Source: Clostridia bacterium
GTDB lineage: Bacteria; Bacillota; Clostridia; Oscillospirales; CAG-272
Direction of reading: 5' to 3'
DNA length: 64,000 bases
Assembly: GCA_017411805.1 (NCBI GenBank)
Contig: JAFQPI010000036.1
Coordinates: 5,444-69,443 of the forward strand
Both the position numbers and the translations under genes were made by a program. The notes under the pieces were generated by a model, which had not been told where the DNA came from, ran no database searches, and saw nothing but the letters and a program-made list of their open reading frames with translations. Positions 36,468 to 44,222 of the stretch are shown here, piece by piece. The stretch's first letter is position 1. Each line of letters begins with the position of its first letter.

Positions 36468-36606
36468 AGGTAATAAGTAATAGTGAAGAAGGAGGAAGTA
36501 TGGTATTTTTTCTCGCAAGCTCGAAAAACATTTAAATGAAAATTTCCGAACTCAGTGAGTAAAATCACCTCACTTCTTACCTATCCACTTTTAACTTTTA
36601 CTTAAC
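36468..36606. repeat. inverted-repeat element of about 139 bp built from two copies of the purine-rich unit also present at 12461-12510 (MITE-like)
   Basis: The left arm, 36473-36491, is identical to 12464-12482. The reverse complement of the right arm (36551-36606) reads GTTAAGTAA..GTAAGAAGTGAGGTGATTTTACTCACTGAG, matching 12461-12510. The right end abuts the stop codon of the gene at 36598. Confidence 0.6.
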
Positions 36607-37743
36607 TTCTATCTTACCGTCGGCGATAATGATGGTAAGCGAATTTGCGGGGATGGTAATCGAAGAGTTGTTTTCTTCCTCCTCGAGATCGCCTATATCC
36701 TCCGGCTTGGTCGTTTCTTCCTCTTCGGCAGTCGTATCATCGCCCTCTTCTCCGCCCTCGGGTGCCGTAGTCTCTTCTTCCGGGGACGTAGTATCCTCGG
36801 GCACAGGATCGGTATCGGGGGTGGGCTCGGGGTCTGTATCCGGATTCTGATCGGGGTTTTCTTCTCCGTCAACGGGAGCATTAAACTCTACGTAGCTGTC
36901 CGAGTAATTTTCTCCGAAAACGCTGATGGTATTTCCGAGTGCCTCAAATTTTACGTCTAGACCCGCAAAATCCTCCTCAACTCGATCGTATACGATATCG
37001 CCGGATTTCGCCTCAACGTACATAGCGCGAGAAAAAGTGGTCTCGGAAATGTTTATAAAGCATTCGCTCTCGGGTGACACGATACGAATCTCGTCAGTAT
37101 ACACGTTATTGATCTCGATATTCGAGCTTTCCGTGGATTCGATCTGAATTGAAGAATCGGTATTTACGTTATTGATATCGACAACTCCGCTGTCAATAAC
37201 TATCTTATAATCGCAATCTGTCGTCATATTGGAAATCGTTATATCTCCGTCTCCAACGGTTATATTGAAGTTTACAAGATCGGCTTCATCGGTCAGATAT
37301 ACGTTAAGCACCTGGTCTTTCTGAGGTCTGCCTGCAATATAGTCGAAAAGATAGTGCAGATAATCGCGGAAGCCGTGGAAGTTTATCTTGAAATTATCGA
37401 TATCTATAATGCCGGTAATTCCCGAGTTATCCGAGATCTGAAGGGTTGAACGTCCTGCCTGGATCTGATAGGAGTTGTTCATAAAATTGACAAGCTCGAT
37501 TCGGCTTTCGTCTGCACCGCCGATGATATTGACGCGGACGTTACTGACCTTTACAACGATCTTTTTAAGTTCTTCCTCTGTAAAGGTCTCGGTTGCGATA
37601 TAGTTATCATCGTCATCACCGATCTGTGTAAAAAGACCGATTCCCTGCTCGGTGGCAAGCGAAGTAGCTGTCATACAAAGCAGAAATCCGACGCTTGCAA
37701 GCAATATTGATACTATCAAAAAAATTACTGATGTTGGTTTCAT
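36598..37743 (-). CDS. hypothetical membrane-anchored protein, DUF4097/LiaG-like beta-strand repeats, acidic Thr/Pro/Glu-rich C-terminal region
   Basis: 381 aa. N-terminal TM, repeated V.V.N/I.I motifs, and a PDQNPDTDPEPTPDTDPVPEDTTSPEEETT low-complexity stretch. Confidence 0.55.
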   Translation of the reverse strand: MKPTSVIFLIVSILLASVGFLLCMTATSLATEQGIGLFTQIGDDDDNYIATETFTEEELKKIVVKVSNVRVNIIGGADESRIELVNFMNNSYQIQAGRSTLQISDNSGITGIIDIDNFKINFHGFRDYLHYLFDYIAGRPQKDQVLNVYLTDEADLVNFNITVGDGDITISNMTTDCDYKIVIDSGVVDINNVNTDSSIQIESTESSNIEINNVYTDEIRIVSPESECFINISETTFSRAMYVEAKSGDIVYDRVEEDFAGLDVKFEALGNTISVFGENYSDSYVEFNAPVDGEENPDQNPDTDPEPTPDTDPVPEDTTSPEEETTAPEGGEEGDDTTAEEEETTKPEDIGDLEEEENNSSITIPANSLTIIIADGKIEVK

Positions 37744-38906
37744 ATACTCTCAACAGCTCCTTTCAGGGATTGATATCCGCTTCTGATCGCGCGGAAGCCG
37801 GCACCGAAGAGCTTCGCAAGAAGTCTCATGCCAAACGGAATAAAGCGAACGGCAAAATTATATACAAGAATGCCTACAAACATAACCGCAGAGCCAACAA
37901 TAACACCGAGGCCTACCTCAAACAATCCGACGGGGATCTGTCCGGTGATCAATTGAACCACTCCGTATACTATGCCTACAAGCGATACGATCGCGCCGAC
38001 CGTTACAAATACTATAAGCACGGCAATGCAAGCTATCATAGCAAGAGCCAGAACTACCCAGAATCCGAGGTAAAGAACCATGGCGATAAGTACAAGCGCA
38101 ATTACTATCGGTATCGTTATCACGAGAAGAGCGACGTAAAGCCACTCATTCCCGGGTTTTTTAACTGAGTCCTTATTTTTCATTTTTCTCTTTTTGTCGT
38201 ATGGAATAAACTCTTCGATTTCCGCCACCTCGTCTTCAGCAAATATTGGTGCGGAAGCAGGCTGGTCGGTCTGTTTCGGCTGAAGTTGCTGTTCTTCGGT
38301 TTGCGTATCCGCTTGCGGCTCAATCTCCGCTATCTCATCGGGTATTACAGAGACCGGAGCTTCGTTTACTTCGGGCTCTGGGGCAGGATAGTTCTCGCCC
38401 TCAGGCTGAATCAAAACGCTTTCCTCGATTACCTCATCGGAACTGTCTTCGGTATTGATACCGGACTCATCAACTTCTTCTTCCGTCTCAATAAATATCG
38501 GTATTTCGGTTAAAGGCAAAACTTCGCCTTCCGAGAGTTCTTCTTCGGATTTTTCGGGTTCTTCCGATACTTCGGGTTCTTCCGTATTATTATCCTGCAA
38601 TTCGGTATCCGCTTCAAAGGCGGCAATTGCTGCCTCAAGCTCATCGGAAACGCTTTCTCCCTCGGAATCGGATGAGGATGATATCGGAATAATTACATCC
38701 GCCTTTGGCTTTTCCGAATCGGATGTGTCGTTAAGCATTGAAATAATGCCGTCCGCCATCTCATCTACAGAAATATCGAGTTCCTCCATACCGGATTCCG
38801 AAAGATAGGTACGGACGTGTTCGGTTTCTTTTTTCGCGCTATCCTCAGGCACGCCGCGCTCAATGAGTCTGGCCAACAATATTGTCAAAAATTCTTCTTT
38901 TTTCAT
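37740..38906 (-). CDS. hypothetical membrane protein with DUF1700-like N-terminus, long acidic linker and C-terminal TM bundle
   Basis: 388 aa. MKKEEFLTILLARLIERGVPEDSAKKETEHVRTYL resembles DUF1700. There is a 4-bp overlap with the downstream DUF4097-like gene. Confidence 0.55.
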   Translation of the reverse strand: MKKEEFLTILLARLIERGVPEDSAKKETEHVRTYLSESGMEELDISVDEMADGIISMLNDTSDSEKPKADVIIPISSSSDSEGESVSDELEAAIAAFEADTELQDNNTEEPEVSEEPEKSEEELSEGEVLPLTEIPIFIETEEEVDESGINTEDSSDEVIEESVLIQPEGENYPAPEPEVNEAPVSVIPDEIAEIEPQADTQTEEQQLQPKQTDQPASAPIFAEDEVAEIEEFIPYDKKRKMKNKDSVKKPGNEWLYVALLVITIPIVIALVLIAMVLYLGFWVVLALAMIACIAVLIVFVTVGAIVSLVGIVYGVVQLITGQIPVGLFEVGLGVIVGSAVMFVGILVYNFAVRFIPFGMRLLAKLFGAGFRAIRSGYQSLKGAVESI

Positions 38907-39080
38907 TATGATCTCCGGATCTTTGAATATTTTTTGGCAGTTTCAAAAAAATGTGTGTTTTTGTTAAAAAAGTAGTGAAAAATTCAAAAATATGTGATAT
39001 AATATATGCGTGTTACGCGGAAAATCCGCATTTGAACATACTTATATTATATTATAGCAGATTTTAAGAGAGATTTCAAG

Positions 39081-39749
39081 ATGAGAATGAGAAAAAAGAA
39101 GCATTCGGCTGAAAGAATTGAAGCATGCGCCGAATTTTTGCTTAAAAATCCCATAGAATGCTTCGGACACGAGGACGAGATTTTCGGGAAGAAGCTTCCC
39201 CTGCTTCTCGAGATCGGATGCGGCAAGGGTGACTTTGCCCGCGGACTCAGCAAGATGCACCGGGATCACGGTATTATTGCGCTTGAGAGAGTTCCGGACG
39301 TTGCTATGTTTGCGCTCGAGAAGGCAAAGGCGACTCTCGGAGAACGTCCCGACAACGTAAGATTCATCATTGGAAACGCGGAGTATCTGACAGATTGGTT
39401 TGCGCCCCATACATTTGAGTGCATTTATGCTAACTTCTCGGATCCATGGCCTAAGAAGGGGCAGCATAAGCGCAGACTCACGGCGCCCGGATTCCTTAAA
39501 ATGTACGAAAAGCTCCTCGTACCCGGAGGCGAGCTTCACTTCAAGACCGACAACGAGGATCTCTTCGATTGGTCGGTTGAGCAATTCAAGGAATACGGTC
39601 TTGAGACGGTCTTCTATACCCGCGACTTGCACGCAAGCGAGCTTGCCGAGACGAATATCGTGACCGAGTATGAAAAGAGATTCACCGACCTCGGACAGAA
39701 GATCTTCTCCGCGCACGTAAGATTCCCCGTAAAGGAAGAAGAACAATAA
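39081..39749 (+). CDS. trmB: tRNA (guanine46-N7)-methyltransferase
   Basis: 222 aa. LEIGCGKGDF (SAM motif) and FSDPWPKKGQHKRRL. Confidence 0.9.
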   Translation: MRMRKKKHSAERIEACAEFLLKNPIECFGHEDEIFGKKLPLLLEIGCGKGDFARGLSKMHRDHGIIALERVPDVAMFALEKAKATLGERPDNVRFIIGNAEYLTDWFAPHTFECIYANFSDPWPKKGQHKRRLTAPGFLKMYEKLLVPGGELHFKTDNEDLFDWSVEQFKEYGLETVFYTRDLHASELAETNIVTEYEKRFTDLGQKIFSAHVRFPVKEEEQ

Positions 39750-40669
39750 TGGCAGAGATCATAAACGAACCCTGCGGTGTGCTTATCGTAAACAAGCCCG
39801 AGGGTCCTACTTCTCACGATATTGTCAACAAAATCAGACGGCTTTATTCGACAAAAAAGGTCGGGCATACCGGCACGCTCGATCCGTTGGCAACGGGTGT
39901 TCTCGTGGTCCTTATCGGCCGCGCGGCAAAGGCTTGCGAGTATTCTCTCTCGGATAGAAAAAAATATACCGCAACGCTTCGTCTCGGAATCGAAACAGAT
40001 ACGGAGGACACGACGGGAAATATTCTCAGGGGAACTGATGTCAGCGTATCAGAAAGCGACGTACAGGCGATCCTCGGGCGTTTCAGCGGCAGAATAATGC
40101 AGATTCCTCCCATGTATAGTGCGCTAAAGGTCGGCGGCAAGAAGCTTTGCGACATCGCACGCGAGGGCGGTACGGTTGAGCGTCAGGCACGCCCGGTTGA
40201 TATCTATTCAATTTCGGCTGAACATATCGTGAGAAACGACTACAAGCTTATCGTAGAATGTTCCGCGGGAACTTACATCCGTACGCTTTGTTCCGATATT
40301 GGAAAAGCTCTCGGGTGCGGAGGTACGATGGCAACACTCGAACGAAGCGCGGCATGCGGTTTTTCAATAGAAGACGCCCACACGATCGAGGAGATCGAGC
40401 TTCTTTCCTCAGAGGAAAGACTCGCGCTTCTCCGCCCCGTTGAGGAAATATTCTGCGGGCTTGATGCAGTTAAGCTACCCGCGTTTTATGAAAAGCTCTT
40501 CCGTTCGGGATGCGAAATATATCTAAAAAGAGCCAAGCTCCCCGAGTATCCCGTAGGTACGAGACTCAGAGTGCTTGACTCTAAAGGCGATTTCTTTGCT
40601 CTCGGAGAGGTCAAGGAGTATGAGAACGGACTTGCGGTAAAGTCGATCAAGCTGTTTTCGCTTAATTGA
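39749..40669 (+). CDS. truB: tRNA pseudouridine(55) synthase
   Basis: 306 aa. GVLIVNKPEGPTSHD, GHTGTLDPLATGVL (catalytic Asp), and a C-terminal PUA-like domain. Confidence 0.95.
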   Translation: MAEIINEPCGVLIVNKPEGPTSHDIVNKIRRLYSTKKVGHTGTLDPLATGVLVVLIGRAAKACEYSLSDRKKYTATLRLGIETDTEDTTGNILRGTDVSVSESDVQAILGRFSGRIMQIPPMYSALKVGGKKLCDIAREGGTVERQARPVDIYSISAEHIVRNDYKLIVECSAGTYIRTLCSDIGKALGCGGTMATLERSAACGFSIEDAHTIEEIELLSSEERLALLRPVEEIFCGLDAVKLPAFYEKLFRSGCEIYLKRAKLPEYPVGTRLRVLDSKGDFFALGEVKEYENGLAVKSIKLFSLN

Positions 40670-41141
40670 ACTCACGCATCAGTTTTCTTCTTGCCGAGAT
40701 CTTTAAAGCTATCGGTGGAATAAAGAATATCAACGTACAGATCAACATTCCGAGAACGCCGATCCATTCATAGCTACCGAAAAGATAGGCAAAGCCGTAA
40801 AAGGGAGATACGAAAAGCATAACTCCGTATCCGAGGACGGTACCGATAAAACCGCCGATCTCAAAATCTGCAGAGGTTGCTATCAGCGCGGCAAAAGACA
40901 TAAGAAAAGAAGCTATAAGCCATCCCCTGGCTCCGATTGCGAGCGGGGGATGCCTTTTTATTACCGAAAAGATATAAAATGCGGTAAATACGGCAATAAA
41001 AAATACCGTCGCGAATAAATTGCCCGACGTTATCTCGCGCGATGCATAATTCAATATTATTGTTGAAATATACACCGAAAGCATCAGCGAGATCGCAATT
41101 ATCCGTGTTATTCCTATCTTTGTAAAGGCAAAGAATTTCAT
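40662..41141 (-). CDS. hypothetical polytopic membrane protein
   Basis: 159 aa with 5 predicted TM helices. Its 3' end overlaps the truB 3' end by 8 nt (convergent). Confidence 0.5.
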   Translation of the reverse strand: MKFFAFTKIGITRIIAISLMLSVYISTIILNYASREITSGNLFATVFFIAVFTAFYIFSVIKRHPPLAIGARGWLIASFLMSFAALIATSADFEIGGFIGTVLGYGVMLFVSPFYGFAYLFGSYEWIGVLGMLICTLIFFIPPIALKISARRKLMREFN

Positions 41142-41157
41142 CAGAACCTCAAATTCG

Positions 41158-41184
41158 ATCGGGGCTGTTTTGAACAGCCCCGAT
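41158..41184 (-). terminator. hairpin downstream of the EF-G paralogue
   Basis: ATCGGGGCTGTT (41158-41169) pairs with AACAGCCCCGAT (41173-41184). The U-tract on the reverse strand is weak. Confidence 0.5.
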
Positions 41185-41201
41185 GATTAATTATAGTTAA
41201 A

Positions 41202-43256
41202 TTATGCGAGAGATTTCTTGTATTCCTCAACGATCTTAGCAGAGATGTTGCCGGGAACTACAGCGTAATCGGTTACGTTGAACTCGAAGGAGCCGCGGCC
41301 CTGCGACATAGCGCGGAGAGCGATGGGATAGTCAACGAGCTCGGACTTGGGAGCTGTTGCGTGAACTACAGTGTAGCCCTTCTTAGCAGCGGGATCCATA
41401 CCCATGATGCTTCCGCGGCGCTTATTAAGGTCACCCATAACGTCACCAACGAGATCCTCGGGAACGGTGATATCGAGATCGCCGACAGGCTCCATGAGAA
41501 CGGGAGCCGCCTGCTCGAGACACTGCTTGTAAGCCATGATAGCAGCGGTCTTGAAGGACATTTCATCAGAGTCTACGGGGTGGTAAGAACCGTCGTGGAG
41601 GTCTGCTGCAAGATAGGTCATGGGGAAGCCTGCAACGCCCTTAACCATACCCTCGAGAATACCCTTCTCTACTGCGGGGTTAAAGTTCTTGGGAACTACG
41701 CCGCCGACAACCGATACTGTGAAGGTGAGACCGGGATCTTCGCCGGGACCGAACTTGATCCAAACGTCACCGAACTGACCGGAACCGCCGTTCTGCTTCT
41801 TATGACGTGCGTGGATATCAACGGTCTTGGTGATCTTCTCACGGTAGGGGATCTTGGGAGTCTCAAGGTTGATGGTTACGCCATAGCGAGCCTTGAGCTT
41901 AGCGGAAAGAACTGCGAGGTGCATGTCGCCGATACCGGAGAGAACCATCTGATGGGTCTCGGAGTCGGTAACATACTTGAGAGTGAGATCTTCCTCGAGC
42001 ATACGAGCCATGGACTGGGAAATCTTGCTCTCGTCCTTAGCGGTAGCGGGAACCATAGCCTGGCTCATATAAGGAGTGGGATATGTGATCTTAGCGTAAG
42101 CTACATCGGAGCCATCGGTAAGAGTATCGTTGGTGTTGGTGTTAGCAAGCTTTGCGATCATACCGATATCGCCGCAAGCGAGCTCTTCAACTTCGGTCTG
42201 AACCTTGCCCTTAACGGTGTAGATGTGAGCCATCTTCTCGGAGGTACCGTTTGTAAGGTTCTTGAGGGTCATATCCTTCTTGAGAGTACCGTTCATAACC
42301 TTGAAGAAGGACATCTTACCTACGAACGGGTCAGCAACGGTCTTAAATACGAAGATGCTTGCAGTACCTGCGGGATCGATCTCGATGTCATCACCATCAA
42401 CAGACTTCTCTACCTTCTTAGCGGTATGTCTGGGGAAGGACTCAACGATAGCGTCGAGAATAGCGATAACGCCCCACATATTAACAGCAGAACCGCAATA
42501 TACGGGAGTGATAGTGCCCTCGAAGATACCCTGGTGAAGAGCCTCTGCAGCTTCTTCCTTGGTGATCTCTTCGCCGTCAAAATACTTCATCATGAGATCG
42601 TCGGAGGTACCTGCGACAGCCTCATTGAAAGCTTCCTTATAATCGCCTGCGATAGACTCGAGCTCAGCGGTCATGGGGATCTCGCTTCTCTTGCCCTTTG
42701 CGTCATAATCGAAAGCCTTCATTTCAACAAGGTCGATCATTGTGACCTTGGAACCGTGCTTAACGGGAACGAATACGGGGCAGAGGGTATTGCCGAAAGT
42801 ATCGTGAAGCTCGTTGAATACCTTTTCGAAGTCAGCGTCATTATCGTCGCACTTGTTTACGAAGAATGCCTTGGGAAGACCTGCAGCGGTTGCATAGTCC
42901 CAAGCAAGCTCTGTTCCAACCTCAACACCCGACTTTGCGTCAACGCAAATAAGTGCGCTGTCCGCAACGCGGAGAGACTGGCGAACTTCGCCTACGAAAT
43001 CGAGATAACCGGGGGTATCGAAAACGTTGATCTTCATATTCTTCCAAGTTACGGGAGCGAGAGACGCGGAAATAGAGAAGCCTCTCTTGACCTCCTCGGG
43101 ATCATAGTCGCAAACAGTGTTGCCGTCGCTTGTCTTACCGAGACGGTCTGTTCCGCCTGTAAGATAGAGCATAGCCTCAGCGATGGAGGTCTTACCGCAG
43201 CCGCCGTGTCCAAGCAGAGCTACGTTTCTCAGGGATTTGGTGTCGATTGTTGCCAT
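41202..43256 (-). CDS. elongation factor G family GTPase, EF-G2-type paralogue
   Basis: Five-domain EF-G layout. The G1 motif is GHGGCGKTS (EF-G2-like) rather than canonical AHIDAGKTT. DTPGYLDF and NKCD are present. The start is taken at the ATG at 43256 (GAGGAAGGAA RBS). The track start at 43295 adds 13 aa. Confidence 0.85.
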   Translation of the reverse strand: MATIDTKSLRNVALLGHGGCGKTSIAEAMLYLTGGTDRLGKTSDGNTVCDYDPEEVKRGFSISASLAPVTWKNMKINVFDTPGYLDFVGEVRQSLRVADSALICVDAKSGVEVGTELAWDYATAAGLPKAFFVNKCDDNDADFEKVFNELHDTFGNTLCPVFVPVKHGSKVTMIDLVEMKAFDYDAKGKRSEIPMTAELESIAGDYKEAFNEAVAGTSDDLMMKYFDGEEITKEEAAEALHQGIFEGTITPVYCGSAVNMWGVIAILDAIVESFPRHTAKKVEKSVDGDDIEIDPAGTASIFVFKTVADPFVGKMSFFKVMNGTLKKDMTLKNLTNGTSEKMAHIYTVKGKVQTEVEELACGDIGMIAKLANTNTNDTLTDGSDVAYAKITYPTPYMSQAMVPATAKDESKISQSMARMLEEDLTLKYVTDSETHQMVLSGIGDMHLAVLSAKLKARYGVTINLETPKIPYREKITKTVDIHARHKKQNGGSGQFGDVWIKFGPGEDPGLTFTVSVVGGVVPKNFNPAVEKGILEGMVKGVAGFPMTYLAADLHDGSYHPVDSDEMSFKTAAIMAYKQCLEQAAPVLMEPVGDLDITVPEDLVGDVMGDLNKRRGSIMGMDPAAKKGYTVVHATAPKSELVDYPIALRAMSQGRGSFEFNVTDYAVVPGNISAKIVEEYKKSLA

Positions 43257-43350
43257 GTGGGGATTCCTTCCTCGCCCCATCCGCGGACGGGGCATTTATG
43301 TTTTTTTAATTTACCTTATTTGTGGGGGCGTTTTGGCACGCCCAATGTTT

Positions 43351-43379
43351 ATTATACAACAAATCAGAAACTATTTCAA
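43351..43379 (-). promoter_or_regulatory. sigma-A-type promoter for the EF-G paralogue (TTGAAA-17-TATAAT)
   Basis: On the reverse strand, TTGAAA is at 43379-43374 and TATAAT at 43356-43351. It leaves a leader of about 95 nt containing two GC hairpins. Confidence 0.55.
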
Positions 43380-43427
43380 GTACTTTTTCGTCATTTTTGA
43401 CGATTTTATCATAATTTTTTGTAAATA

Positions 43428-44222
43428 TTATTGTATTCCGAACAATTTGCATGCATTTTCGTTTGTTTTGTCACGCATTTCGTCCTCGGATACCTCATGC
43501 AGCTCAGAAAGTGTACGTATTGTATACTCTATATAATCGCTTCTGTTAGTCTTTCCTCTATAGGGCACGGGAGTAAGATAGGGCGCATCCGTCTCTACAA
43601 GTATGCGATCGAGAGGTACCGACTTTGCCGACGCCTGAACGACGGGGGCATTTTTGTAGGTTACGACTCCGGTGAAAGAAATATACCAGCCGCGCCTAAC
43701 AAGGTCCTTTGCCATTTCGGGGCTGCCCGAATAACAATGGAACACGCCGCGGATCTTCGGGCGTTTTATGACGGTCTCGAAGCAATCGCCGTGTGCCTCG
43801 CGGTCGTGGATAACAACGGGAATATCGTATTCCTCAGCAAGGTCGAGCTGTGCCTCGAAAAACTGCTTCTGACGCACCTTGTTATCCTGTCTCCAGTAAT
43901 AATCGAGTCCGATCTCGCCAAGCGCGACGATCTTATACTCTTCTCTTTTATCAAGAAGTGAGCGGAGCTTTGTCATTGCATCCTCGAGAGATATCTCTTC
44001 ATCGATATCCGATGGGTGGATTCCGGCGGCGACGTACATATTCTCGAATTCACGAGCCATCTCGACTGCCTTTGCGCTGTTTGCGGTGTTGGTGCCCACG
44101 TTGATGATCTTGTCAACACCGTTTGCAAAAAGCGCAGAGAGCAGCGCCGAAGCGCCGCCCTCAAACATTGTTTCAAATCTTTCGTCGGTATAGTGGGCGT
44201 GTGTATCAAATATGCCGCTCAT
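43428..44222 (-). CDS. tatD: TatD-family metal-dependent hydrolase/DNase
   Basis: 264 aa. FDTHAHY, EIGLDYYW, VVIHDREAH, ETDAPYL. Confidence 0.9.
   Translation of the reverse strand: MSGIFDTHAHYTDERFETMFEGGASALLSALFANGVDKIINVGTNTANSAKAVEMAREFENMYVAAGIHPSDIDEEISLEDAMTKLRSLLDKREEYKIVALGEIGLDYYWRQDNKVRQKQFFEAQLDLAEEYDIPVVIHDREAHGDCFETVIKRPKIRGVFHCYSGSPEMAKDLVRRGWYISFTGVVTYKNAPVVQASAKSVPLDRILVETDAPYLTPVPYRGKTNRSDYIEYTIRTLSELHEVSEDEMRDKTNENACKLFGIQ

Noticed and set aside
41361-43400. 679-aa ORF on the + strand antisense to the EF-G paralogue
   Set aside because: Same shadow-ORF explanation. The sense strand encodes a complete five-domain EF-G, and the antisense product has no recognisable features.
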